DNA from: Chloroflexota bacterium
GTDB taxonomy: Bacteria; Chloroflexota; UBA11872; UBA12225
NCBI GenBank assembly: GCA_035537855.1
Contig: DATLLM010000091.1
Span: 1-34,337 of the forward strand
Reading direction: 5' to 3'
Length of the DNA: 34,337 nt
Shown: one piece after another, positions 1 to 8,022 of the stretch
Layout of the letters: each line of letters starts with the position of its first letter
How positions within the stretch are numbered: the stretch's first letter is position 1
Made by a program: the position numbers and the translations under genes
The notes under the pieces: generated by a model
The model's input: only the letters and a program-made list of their open reading frames with translations
Database searches by the model: none
Told to the model about the DNA's origin: nothing

Positions 1-1
1 G

Positions 2-1093
2 CTACTTGCTGAACAGGATGTTCATCACGTCGCCGTCCTGGACGACGTAGTTGCGCCCTTCCTGGCGCAGCAAGCCCCGTTTGCGCGCTTCGGCCAGGCC
101 ACCGCACTCCACCAGGTCGGTGTAGGCCACCACCTCGGCCCGGATGAAGCCCTTCTCCAGATCGGTGTGGATCGCCCCGGCGGCCTGCGGCGCCCGCGTC
201 CCGCGCAGGATGGGCCAGGCGCGGCACTCGTCCTCGCCCGCGGTCAGGAACGAGATCAGGCCGGTCAGATCGTAGGATTCGCGGATGATCCGCCCGGCGG
301 CCAGCTCCTCGACGCCCATGTCGGCCATGAAGACGGCGGCGTCGTCCGGCTCGAGCTGGGAGAGCTCCATCTCCAGCTTGCCGCTGAGGGAGGCGACGGC
401 CAGCTTGCGGTGCGCCGCGGCTCCGGCGACGGCCGCCTCAAGCTCGCTCCCGGCGGCGAGCTGGTCCTCCCCCAGGTTGAGCACGATCAGCAGGGGCTTG
501 AGGGAGAGGAACTGGTAGCCCCGCACCGAGCGGGCCTCGTCCTCGGACAGCTCGAGGTCGCGCAGGGGCGTCCCGGACTCCAGCACCGCCTGAAAGCGCA
601 GCAGGAGGGCCTGCTCGGCTTCCAACGGGGCCCGCTCCCCTGAGCGGGTGCGGCGCAGGTCCGCCTCCAGGCGCTGCAACCGGCGCTCGATGATCCCCAG
701 GTCGGAGACGATCGTCTCCAGCTGCACGGCGGCGGCGTCCCCGGCGGCGTCGACCGGCCCCTCGTGCGGCACGCTCTCGTCGGCGAAGGCCCGCACCACG
801 AGCAGCAAGGCGTCGACGGTGCGCAGCTGCCCCACCCAGGCCGCCTCGCTGCGGTCCTTGCTGCCGAACCCGGCGCCGGGGAAGTCCGTGTACTGCACCT
901 CGGCCGGGGTGGTCTTGCGCGGGCTGAACATCTCGGTCAGCACGTCGAGCCGGGCGTCCGGCACCTTGACCACGGCGACGTGCGTCTCCTGGCCGTAGCC
1001 GCTGCCGGCGGCGACGGGCGCAGCGCCCCCGGTGAGGGCGTTGAACACGGTGGTCTTGCCGCTCTGGGGCAGGCCGACGATTCCGAGTTGCAT
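2..1093 (-). CDS. ychF: Ribosome-binding ATPase YchF (Obg-like P-loop NTPase)
   Basis: 363-aa ORF with the N-terminal P-loop GIVGLPQSGKTTVFNALT and a TGS-like C-terminus YVVQDGDVMNILF. Its ATG (1091-1093) overlaps the pdp stop (ATGA). Confidence 0.93.
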   Translation of the reverse strand: MQLGIVGLPQSGKTTVFNALTGGAAPVAAGSGYGQETHVAVVKVPDARLDVLTEMFSPRKTTPAEVQYTDFPGAGFGSKDRSEAAWVGQLRTVDALLLVVRAFADESVPHEGPVDAAGDAAAVQLETIVSDLGIIERRLQRLEADLRRTRSGERAPLEAEQALLLRFQAVLESGTPLRDLELSEDEARSVRGYQFLSLKPLLIVLNLGEDQLAAGSELEAAVAGAAAHRKLAVASLSGKLEMELSQLEPDDAAVFMADMGVEELAAGRIIRESYDLTGLISFLTAGEDECRAWPILRGTRAPQAAGAIHTDLEKGFIRAEVVAYTDLVECGGLAEARKRGLLRQEGRNYVVQDGDVMNILFSK

Positions 1094-2403
1094 CAGCGAA
1101 TGGTCTCGAGCACGAGCGGGGGGGCCGGTACAGGAGTTCCGGCGATGAGGAAGGCCGTCTGGAGACGGCGCACGAGGTCAGAGTCTACCGAAAGGGGGGC
1201 CCGGCTGTGCAGCGTGGCCAGGGTCTGCCCCGCCGCCACCCGGTCGCCGCTGCGGACGTCGAGCACCAGCCCCACCGCCGGGTCGACGGAATCCTCCTTG
1301 CGCGTCCGGCCGGCGCCCAGGGCCATGGAGACCCGGCCGCAGACCAGGGCGTCGACCGACCGCACGTACCCGTCGCCCGGCGCCGGCACGGGAACGGTGA
1401 CGGGGGCCAGCGGCAGGCCGTCCGGACGCAGCAGGGCCCGCCGCTCGCCGCCGAGGCGCTCGACGAGCGCGAGCAGGGCCTCCAGGGCTGCGCCCCCGGG
1501 AATCGTTCCGGCGAGGCGCTCGCGGGCGGCCGCCGTCGACGGCACTGCGCCGGCGGCGACGAGCACCTCGGCGCCGAGCACGAGGCACAATTCGAGCAGG
1601 TCGGGCGGGCCGCCCCCCTGCAGCGTCTCCACCGCCTCGCGCACTTCGAGCGCGTTACCCACCGCCCGGCCGAGCGGCTCGCCCATGGCGGTGATCACGG
1701 CCACCGCCGGCAGGCCCACCCGCCGGCCGAGGGCGACCATCGCCGCCGCCAGGTTGTGGGCGCTCTGCCGGTCCTTCATGAACGCCCCCGAGCCGGCCTT
1801 GACGTCGAGCACGACGGCGTGGGCGCCGGTGGCGATCTTCTTGCTCATCACCGAGCTGGCGATCAGGGGGATGGACTCCACCGTCGCCGTCACGTCGCGC
1901 AGGGCGTAGAGCCGGCCGTCCCCCGGCGCGAGGTCGGCGGACTGCGCGGCGATGGCCAGGCGGTGGGCGAGGGCGTCCCGCACGAAGCCGTCGGCCGCGA
2001 CGGACGTGCGCACGCCGGGGATCGACTCCAGCTTGTCGATGGTGCCCCCGGAGTGGCCCAGCCCCCGCCCGGACATCTTGGCCACGGCCACGCCGGCGGC
2101 GGCGAGCATCGGGGCCAGGACGAGGGTGGTCTTGTCCCCCACGCCGCCGGTGCTGTGCTTGTCCACCACCGGGAACGGCGCGTCGCGGAACGAGAGCCGC
2201 CGGCCGCTGTCGGCCAGGGCGAGGGTCAGGGCCGCCGTCTCGTCGGCGTCCAGGCCGCGCAGGCAGACCGCCATCAGCCAGGCGGCCATCTGCTCGTCTG
2301 CGACGTCCCGGCGCAGATACGCCTCGACCAGCCAGCGCACGTCCCGCGGCGGATGGCGCCCGCCGTCCCGCTTGTGCGCGATCAGGTCGACGGCGCGAGT
2401 CAA
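1093..2403 (-). CDS. pdp: Pyrimidine-nucleoside (thymidine) phosphorylase
   Basis: 436-aa ORF with the family signature HSTGGVGDKTTLVLAPMLAA and a C-terminal PYNP domain. Its TTG start (2401-2403) overlaps the stop of the upstream CBS gene (TTGA). Confidence 0.92.
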   Translation of the reverse strand: MTRAVDLIAHKRDGGRHPPRDVRWLVEAYLRRDVADEQMAAWLMAVCLRGLDADETAALTLALADSGRRLSFRDAPFPVVDKHSTGGVGDKTTLVLAPMLAAAGVAVAKMSGRGLGHSGGTIDKLESIPGVRTSVAADGFVRDALAHRLAIAAQSADLAPGDGRLYALRDVTATVESIPLIASSVMSKKIATGAHAVVLDVKAGSGAFMKDRQSAHNLAAAMVALGRRVGLPAVAVITAMGEPLGRAVGNALEVREAVETLQGGGPPDLLELCLVLGAEVLVAAGAVPSTAAARERLAGTIPGGAALEALLALVERLGGERRALLRPDGLPLAPVTVPVPAPGDGYVRSVDALVCGRVSMALGAGRTRKEDSVDPAVGLVLDVRSGDRVAAGQTLATLHSRAPLSVDSDLVRRLQTAFLIAGTPVPAPPLVLETIR

Positions 2404-2939
2404 CTGGGGGCGCTCTCCTCGAGCACGACCAGCTTGACCAGCACGGTGCGGTTGATCACCCCGGCCAGGCGGTCGCCGCGCATCACCAGGATGGGGTCGT
2501 TGCCCGGCTCGGCGAGGCGCTCGGCGACGTCCTCGACGGAGGTGTCCTCGGTCACCACGTGGTGTCTGAAGTCCTCCGACATCACGTCCGCGGCCGTGCG
2601 CCCGATCACCTTGCGGGTCTCCTCGTCCAGCTCACGCGCCGCCCGCGGCGTGGAGAGGGGGACGGTCATCCCGAACAGGGTGAGGTAGGTGGGGAAGTGG
2701 ACGTGGGCGTGGCGGGCGACCAGGTCGGCCTCGGTGATCAGGCCGACGACTTCGCCGCTCTCGGCCAGGACGGGGAGGCCGCTGGCGTGGTGCTCGACGA
2801 TCAGCCGGGCGACGTCGCCGACGATCGTCTCCGGGCGCGCCGCCGGGTGCTGGCGGTCCATCAGGTCGGCGGCGACGCGGGGGGCGGCGGGAGCGGCGGG
2901 CGCCGTCTCTCCGGGAGGCGGACCGGACGGTGAGGTCAT
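2400..2939 (-). CDS. CBS-domain pair protein
   Basis: This is the C-terminal 179 codons of the 670-aa track ORF, starting at the in-frame ATG 2937-2939 (MTSPSGPP...). It has two CBS-like modules (IVGDVARLIVEHHASGLPVL; DTSVEDVAERLAEPGNDPILVM). The longer upstream extension overlaps nnr and is Arg/Pro-rich junk. An alternative start is the Met in MDRQH. Confidence 0.8.
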   Translation of the reverse strand: MTSPSGPPPGETAPAAPAAPRVAADLMDRQHPAARPETIVGDVARLIVEHHASGLPVLAESGEVVGLITEADLVARHAHVHFPTYLTLFGMTVPLSTPRAARELDEETRKVIGRTAADVMSEDFRHHVVTEDTSVEDVAERLAEPGNDPILVMRGDRLAGVINRTVLVKLVVLEESAPS

Positions 2940-2944
2940 GCCTG

Positions 2945-2950
2945 AGTATA
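2945..2950 (-). promoter_or_regulatory. Candidate -10 box TATACT, 5 nt upstream of the CBS-gene ATG (possible leaderless transcript)
   Basis: The minus strand reads GGTATACTcaggcATG in the 29-nt gap after the nnr stop. There is no convincing -35 and no clear SD. Confidence 0.25.
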
Positions 2951-2968
2951 CCGGCGGTCGGCCGCCGC

Positions 2969-4540
2969 TCAGGCGAGCGCCCGCAGGGCGCGGGCCGCCC
3001 CCGGGAGGCACCCGGCCAGCCGGGCGGCGCCCAGCCCGGCGTCGCCGTTGAGCGCCCGCCAGCGCTCGCCGGCCAGGCCGTGCAGGTAGGCCCCGGTGGC
3101 CGCGGCCGCGAACGGGTCGAGCCCCTGGGCGAGCAGGGCGGCGACGGTGCCGCTGAGCACGTCCCCCGAGCCGGCGCTGGCCAGGGCGGCGTTGGCGAAG
3201 ACGGAGAGGCAGGCCCGACCGTCCGGACCGGCGATGATGCTCGGGGCCCCTTTGAGCACCACCGCCTGCCCCCACCCGGCGGCGGCGCCCCGGGCGGTGG
3301 CCAGCCGGTCCGCCTGCACCTCGGGCACGCCCGTGCCCAGCAGCCGCCCCATCTCTCCAGGATGGGGCGTCAGCACCCAGCGCAGGCCCTCGGGGCGCGG
3401 CCAGTCCCCCGCCGCGCTCAGGGCGTTGAGGGCGTCGGCGTCGATCACCGCCGGCGGGGCGTGCCCGTCCCCGGCCAGCCCGGCGACGAGGTCGAGCACC
3501 AGCCGGCGGGTGGCCGGATGGTCGCCGATGCCCGGCCCGATGGCCAGGGCGTCGTAGCCGGCGGCGGCGTCCAGGATGGCCGCGGCCTGCTGGGCGCCGA
3601 GCGCGCCGGGGGCCTCCGGGTCGGGGGGCAGGGTGAGGTAGGTGGTCTCCAGGCTCGATCCGGCCAGCGCCCGGCGCACCGCCTCGGGCACGGCGAGGGT
3701 GACCAGGCCGGCCCCGGCGCACACGGCCGCCCGGGCGGCCAGGCCGGCGGCGCCGATGTAGCGCTCGCAGCCGGCCACCACCAGCACTTTGCCGTACGTG
3801 CCCTTGTTCGAGTCGTCCGGCCGGGCCGGCAGCGACCGCGCCACCTCGGGCGGCTCCTGACGCCAGAGGACGGACGGCGCGTCCGCGGGGACGACCCCGA
3901 TGTCGACGCTCTGCACCCGCCCGGCGTGCTCGGCCCCCGGGTGGATGAAGAGCCCCACCTTGGCCGGACCGGTGGCCAGGGTCAGGTCGGCGCGGAAGGC
4001 GACGCCGTCCGCCTGCCCCGTGTCCGCCTGCACGCCGGTCGGGACGTCGACGGCGACGCGGCGCTGCCCCGCGGGGCGCACCTCGCGGCAGACGGCCAGC
4101 GCCTCGGCGATCGGGCCCCGCAGGGGTAGGCGACCGCCGATGCCCAGGATGCCGTCGAGCACGACGGCGGCCTCGCTCAGCCAGCGGCGCAGGAGCGCCG
4201 CCGACCCGGCCGCGCCGTGCGTGGCGACCGGGACGCCCGCAGCGCCCGTCCAGGCCAGCAGCGGGTCGTCCTCCCGGGCGCCGAGCAGGTAGACGCAGAC
4301 GGGCGCGCCGACGTCCTCGGCCAGGGTGCGAGCGGCGATGACGGCGTCGCCCCCGTTGTTGCCCCTCCCGGCGAGGACGAGCAGCCGGCGCCCGTCGCCT
4401 CTGGCCGTCCACCCCAGCCAGGCGGCGAGCGCCCGGCCGACGCCGGCCCCGGCCCGCGCCATCAGCGCCTCCTCGGCCACGCCGGCGGCGAAGGCGCGTT
4501 GCTCGAGGGCCCGCATCTCGGCGGCGGTGACCAGCTTCAT
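2969..4540 (-). CDS. nnr: Bifunctional NAD(P)H-hydrate repair enzyme (epimerase + ADP-dependent dehydratase), YjeF family
   Basis: 523 aa. The N-terminal YjeF_N motif is LVLAGRGNNGGDAVIAAR. The C-terminal carbohydrate-kinase-like part has GTYGKVLVVAGCERYIGAAGLAARAA and GSGDVLSGTVAALLAQG. Confidence 0.92.
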   Translation of the reverse strand: MKLVTAAEMRALEQRAFAAGVAEEALMARAGAGVGRALAAWLGWTARGDGRRLLVLAGRGNNGGDAVIAARTLAEDVGAPVCVYLLGAREDDPLLAWTGAAGVPVATHGAAGSAALLRRWLSEAAVVLDGILGIGGRLPLRGPIAEALAVCREVRPAGQRRVAVDVPTGVQADTGQADGVAFRADLTLATGPAKVGLFIHPGAEHAGRVQSVDIGVVPADAPSVLWRQEPPEVARSLPARPDDSNKGTYGKVLVVAGCERYIGAAGLAARAAVCAGAGLVTLAVPEAVRRALAGSSLETTYLTLPPDPEAPGALGAQQAAAILDAAAGYDALAIGPGIGDHPATRRLVLDLVAGLAGDGHAPPAVIDADALNALSAAGDWPRPEGLRWVLTPHPGEMGRLLGTGVPEVQADRLATARGAAAGWGQAVVLKGAPSIIAGPDGRACLSVFANAALASAGSGDVLSGTVAALLAQGLDPFAAAATGAYLHGLAGERWRALNGDAGLGAARLAGCLPGAARALRALA

Positions 4541-4577
4541 CGCCCCGCCCGGCGCGGCTCCGGCCGCCGCGGCCGGC

Positions 4578-4943
4578 TCACTGGGCGACCACCATGGCCA
4601 CGGCGAAGTCGCGCGAGTGGGAGAGGGAGACGGCGAAGTGTCTCAGCCCGATCGCCGCCGCCCGGGCGCTGGCGCGAGCGTAGAGGCGGACGAGCGGCTT
4701 GCCGAGCGGGTCGGCGACGATCTCCATCTCCCTCCAGGCCAGCCCCCGGATGCCGGTGCCCAGCGCCTTGGTGATCGCCTCTTTGGCCGCGAAGCGCGCG
4801 GCGAGCTCGGGGATGCGCCCCCGGCAGTAGGCCAGCTCCGTCTCGGTGTAGACGCGGCGCAGGAAGCGCTCGCCCCAGCGCGCGATCACCCCGGCGACGC
4901 GGTCGATCTCCACGATGTCCACGCCGACGCTGAGCGGCGTCAC
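4578..4943 (-). CDS. acpS: Holo-[acyl-carrier-protein] synthase (4'-phosphopantetheinyl transferase)
   Basis: 121 aa from GTG 4941-4943 (VTPLSVGVDIVEIDR...FAAKEAITKALG...SLSHSRDFAVAMVV). The track ORF extension up to 5378 overlaps the upstream gene and is not AcpS-like. Confidence 0.88.
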   Translation of the reverse strand: MTPLSVGVDIVEIDRVAGVIARWGERFLRRVYTETELAYCRGRIPELAARFAAKEAITKALGTGIRGLAWREMEIVADPLGKPLVRLYARASARAAAIGLRHFAVSLSHSRDFAVAMVVAQ

Positions 4944-5023
4944 CGCCCCCCCGGACGCCGGGGGCGCGCCGGGCGCGAGCGGCGCGGCCGCCCCCCGCAC
5001 GGAGTCGCCAAGGGGGCCCACGG

Positions 5024-6313
5024 CTACTCGGCCTGGATGCGCAGCTCGCGCACCGCCGATTCGAAGTCGTGCCCCTGGGCGACGACCTCGACCTTCTGGA
5101 TGCGCCACGGCCGCGGCACCTGCTCCAGGAGGTTGAACTCCACCCGCTTCCAGTCGCTCGAGGGCAGCTCCTCGCCGAAGCCGAACTCCGACCGGATGGG
5201 GTTGTTCTCCCGGTTGTGCAGGAAGTAGCCGCGCGACCAGGGGATGAGCTGCCCCTGGGCGTCCCGGTACTGCAAGCGGATCATGATCGGGTACTCGGTC
5301 CCGAACCAGCCGCCGCCGGAGAGAGAGTGACCGAAGACGCGGATCTCGGCGCTGAGCACCACCTTCTCGAAGTCCCACAGGTCGGCGTCGAGCGTCTGCG
5401 AGATGGACGTCTCGGCGTGGGCGGTGCCGAAGCGCCGGAACGTGACCGCCCCCGGGCGGGTGTCGAGGGAGACGGTCCCCTGCGGCGCGAGGTCTGACTG
5501 GATGTGCACCGCCCAGCCGGCGGGCAGGCTGCCGTCGCGCTGGCTGAACAGCCCGTTCGCGACCAGGTCGCGCCCGAAGGGCAGGGCCCCCGTCGGCGCC
5601 CCGTTCGCCGGAGCGAGCAGGCGCTGGCCGGCGCGGGCGACCGCCGAGCCGGCGGCGGTGTGGGCGGTGGCGACGCCGATTCGGGTGCCGACCTGGCTCA
5701 CGTCGCGCGAGACGTCGGCCGAGTAGCTGCCCTCCTCCAGGTGCACCTCCGCCTGCGGCGAGCGCAGCTGGAAGAACGCCGTCCCCGGTTCGGGCGCGGG
5801 GGCGACCCCCATCCGGGCCCGGCCCTGGGAGAGCTCGAGGATGACGCTGCGCTTGTCGCCGCGGAACCGGCCCTGCTCGGCGCGCAGGATGCGCATCGTG
5901 GAGCTGGGGTAGAGCAGCACCGTGCTGCTGTCGAAGAGGGTGATGAAGGCCCGCGCGTTCTCCGCCGTGCGCAGGACGTCGCCCTGCGCCACCTTGTCGT
6001 CGGAGGAGACCGCCAGCCAGTCGCCGATACCCTGGCGGCGGAGGAAGACGACCCCGTCGATGGCCCGGATGCGCGCCTCCCGGGGCTCGACGGCGGCGTT
6101 GACGTACCAGTTGCGCGCCAGCGGGATGCCGACCACCAGCACGACGAGCAGCAGGAAGGTGCCGAGGGTGATCCGCCAGGCGACGCGCACGGCGCCGGCG
6201 GCGCTGTTGGTGTAGGGGCTGAACGTGGGGACGAGCGGGGTGTACCCCCCGGAGGACGTCCCGCTGCCCCCACCGATGGCGATGCGAGGTCCGGGGCCCG
6301 TCTGCTCACTCAT
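5024..6313 (-). CDS. Membrane-anchored FecR-domain protein with a C-terminal jelly-roll/CBM-like domain (function unknown)
   Basis: 429 aa from ATG 6311-6313 (MSEQTGPG...). It has one TM (ITLGTFLLLVVLVVGIPLA) and a FecR-like beta segment (IDGVVFLRRQGIGDWLAVSSDDKVAQGDVLRTAENARAFITLFDSSTVLLYPSSTMRI). The C-terminal ~170 aa start at ANGLFSQRDGSLPAGWAV. The start lies 8 nt after the upstream stop. Confidence 0.75.
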   Translation of the reverse strand: MSEQTGPGPRIAIGGGSGTSSGGYTPLVPTFSPYTNSAAGAVRVAWRITLGTFLLLVVLVVGIPLARNWYVNAAVEPREARIRAIDGVVFLRRQGIGDWLAVSSDDKVAQGDVLRTAENARAFITLFDSSTVLLYPSSTMRILRAEQGRFRGDKRSVILELSQGRARMGVAPAPEPGTAFFQLRSPQAEVHLEEGSYSADVSRDVSQVGTRIGVATAHTAAGSAVARAGQRLLAPANGAPTGALPFGRDLVANGLFSQRDGSLPAGWAVHIQSDLAPQGTVSLDTRPGAVTFRRFGTAHAETSISQTLDADLWDFEKVVLSAEIRVFGHSLSGGGWFGTEYPIMIRLQYRDAQGQLIPWSRGYFLHNRENNPIRSEFGFGEELPSSDWKRVEFNLLEQVPRPWRIQKVEVVAQGHDFESAVRELRIQAE

Positions 6314-6321
6314 CCCAGAAT

Positions 6322-7644
6322 CTAACGAGGCAGGATCAAGCCCGACGGCCGGCGGCGCATCCCGGGCTCGTCCTCGACCGGCGTATCCGGCGCCGCCGGC
6401 GCCGCGGGCGCTGCCGGCGGGGGAGCCGCCTCTTCGCCCGCGGCCGGTTGCGGGGGCGCGGTCGCCTCGGGACCCAGCAGGGCCTCGATCGCCGTCTCGG
6501 CGATCGCCCGGAACAGGGGCTGGGAGTAGGCCGCCGCCGGATCGTCGGGATCGAGCCGGGACGCGGCCGCGATCGCCCGGCGGGCCGCCTGGGTCTCCCC
6601 GCGGCGGAGCAGGACGAGGGCGTTGTCTTCCAGCCGGCGCCGCGCCCCGGGCACGCCGCCCGGGCCGGTGATCAGGTCGATGATGCGGTCGAGGATGGCC
6701 TCCCGGCGCTGGCCCACCACCATCGGCGGCAGGGAGAGGGGGCCGCTGTCCACGTTGCGCCACTCCTCGGCCAGCGGGGCAACGGCCGCCTGATCGGGGA
6801 GCCACATCCGGAACTCGGGGAGCTCGAGCAGCTCGACGCTCTGCTCCACCAGGTCCGGCCGGTAGCGCACTTCCAGGTAGATCGGCTCGTCTTCGATCGG
6901 CGGCACCGGCTCGACATCCGGCGAAGGGAGCGAATCGCGGAACGAGAGGTAGGCGGGCGGCAGCGGGCGCCCGGCGGCCTGGGCGGCGGCCACGGCCTGC
7001 CCGATCAGCCAGCGGGCGTAGGCCGGCGGGATCTCCGCCAGAGCCAGCTCCCGGTCCGGGCGGGAGGTGGTGACGTAGCGCTCGAACTGCCGCCCGGTGC
7101 TGTCCAGGATCTCGAAGCGCAGCAAGCCGCCGGTCTCCGAGGCGATCACCCGGGCCATCTGGGCGCCGCCCAGCGGCGGGTCGATCAACAGATAGAGCAG
7201 GCGGGTGCCCTCCGCGTCCGCGGCGCTCATCAGGGCGCGGCGCACGCGCTCCGGGCGCTCCCGCTCCGGCGCCGGGGCCGGTCGGGGGCGGTGCTCGGGT
7301 TGCACGCCGGCCTGCGTCAGGCGGTGCAGGGCGCGCCGGGCGGCTTTACGCGTCTCTCTGGTTCCGGTGGCCCCCGGGGCGCCCGACTCCCCCGGGTCGC
7401 CGTCTGCGCCCTCACCCGCCCAGCGGGCGGCGAGCGCGGCGGCCCGCGGCGCGGGGACCTCCCCGAGAGCCTCGAGGGCGGCCGCCGCCAGGGGCGCCGC
7501 GGCGGCGTCCAGCAAGAGTCCTTCGAGCAGCGGCAGGGCCGCCTCGACGTTCTGCCGGGCGTAGGCCCGCAGGGCGGCGAGGGCGACGGCCGGGGGAAGG
7601 GGGGTGAGCGCCGCGGCCGCCGCCGCCGGCCCGTCACCGGGCAA
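6322..7644 (-). CDS. Hypothetical protein, Ala-rich HEAT-like N-terminus, no recognised catalytic motif
   Basis: 440-aa ORF with uniformly high third-position GC in this frame. The track start is TTG 7642-7644 and is uncertain. The N-terminus resembles HEAT/PBS-lyase repeats (LPLLEGLLLDAAAAPLAAAALEALGEV), and the Pro/Ala-rich tail ends in RRRPSGLILPR. Confidence 0.6.
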   Translation of the reverse strand: MPGDGPAAAAAALTPLPPAVALAALRAYARQNVEAALPLLEGLLLDAAAAPLAAAALEALGEVPAPRAAALAARWAGEGADGDPGESGAPGATGTRETRKAARRALHRLTQAGVQPEHRPRPAPAPERERPERVRRALMSAADAEGTRLLYLLIDPPLGGAQMARVIASETGGLLRFEILDSTGRQFERYVTTSRPDRELALAEIPPAYARWLIGQAVAAAQAAGRPLPPAYLSFRDSLPSPDVEPVPPIEDEPIYLEVRYRPDLVEQSVELLELPEFRMWLPDQAAVAPLAEEWRNVDSGPLSLPPMVVGQRREAILDRIIDLITGPGGVPGARRRLEDNALVLLRRGETQAARRAIAAASRLDPDDPAAAYSQPLFRAIAETAIEALLGPEATAPPQPAAGEEAAPPPAAPAAPAAPDTPVEDEPGMRRRPSGLILPR

Positions 7645-7664
7645 GCGACCGACGGCGGCGGCGA

Positions 7665-7682
7665 CGGCGTCGCGCGACGCCG
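7665..7682. other. Perfect 18-nt GC palindrome CGGCGTCGCGCGACGCCG in the spacer between the small ORF and the 440-aa gene
   Basis: Read directly from the sequence. It can form a ~7-bp RNA stem on the minus-strand transcript. Confidence 0.5.
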
Positions 7683-7712
7683 CCGGCGGAGCCGGGCGCT
7701 GGCGCGGGGGCG

Positions 7713-7865
7713 TTACGCGTCCTCCTCCCGCTGCTTGCGGCGCTTCCCCACCACCTCGACGGAGGTCGGCGGGGCCTGATCGCCCAGCGTCGAGCGGACG
7801 CCCTTCACCGACGCATCCTTCTTCGGCTTCTTCTTCTCCTTACGCGGCGGCGCACCTTGCGGCAT
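7713..7865 (-). CDS. Small (50 aa) lysine-rich basic protein, unannotated in the ORF track
   Basis: ATG 7863-7865 to TAA 7713-7715, translating as MPQGAPPRKEKKKPKKDASVKGVRSTLGDQAPPTSVEVVGKRRKQREEDA. A strong SD (GGGGAGGGA) lies 8 nt upstream and a TATAAT box lies further upstream. 45 of 50 codons end in G/C, as in the real genes here. Confidence 0.6.
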   Translation of the reverse strand: MPQGAPPRKEKKKPKKDASVKGVRSTLGDQAPPTSVEVVGKRRKQREEDA

Positions 7866-7897
7866 GGCGCATCCCTCCCCTGCGAAGACTTCACTCG

Positions 7898-7903
7898 ATT
7901 ATA
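7898..7903 (-). promoter_or_regulatory. Candidate -10 box (perfect TATAAT) for the minus-strand small-ORF operon
   Basis: The minus strand reads ctaccTATAATcgagtgaag...GGGGAGGGAtgcgccATG. No good -35 was found. Confidence 0.45.
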
Positions 7904-7905
7904 GG

Positions 7906-7911
7906 TAGAAT
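7906..7911 (+). promoter_or_regulatory. Candidate -10 box TAGAAT for tRNA-Leu(UAA), back-to-back with the minus-strand TATAAT
   Basis: TAGAAT ends 18 nt before the tRNA 5' end. The -35 is weak (TGCGAA at a 19-nt spacing). Confidence 0.35.
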
Positions 7912-7929
7912 CCGGAAACGTCGCCGCGC

Positions 7930-8012
7930 GCCGGGATGGCGAAATGGCAAACGCAGCAGTCTTAAAAACTGCGGGCCTCGCGGCCTTGCGGGTTCGAGTC
8001 CCGCTCCCGGTA
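7930..8012 (+). tRNA. tRNA-Leu, anticodon UAA (type II, long variable arm)
   Basis: Hand fold:
- acceptor GCCGGGA/TCCCGGT (G1:U72)
- anticodon stem GCAGT/ACTGC with loop CTTAAAA
- variable-arm stem GGCC/GGCC
- T arm GCGGG-TTCGAGT-CCCGC
- discriminator A
CCA is not encoded (CCC follows). Confidence 0.9.
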
Positions 8013-8022
8013 CCCTGAACCC

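Noticed and set aside
2940-4412. N-terminal 491 codons of the 670-aa track ORF (2400-4412)
   Set aside because: It is an Arg/Pro/Gly repeat-like translation that overlaps the genuine nnr gene in another frame. Only the C-terminal CBS part, from ATG 2939, looks real.
6314-6805. N-terminal extension of the 593-aa ORF, and the 4944-5378 extension of the acpS ORF
   Set aside because: They overlap the neighbouring genes' 3' ends and have no homology-like features. Internal starts (ATG 6313, GTG 4943) give proteins of canonical architecture and length.
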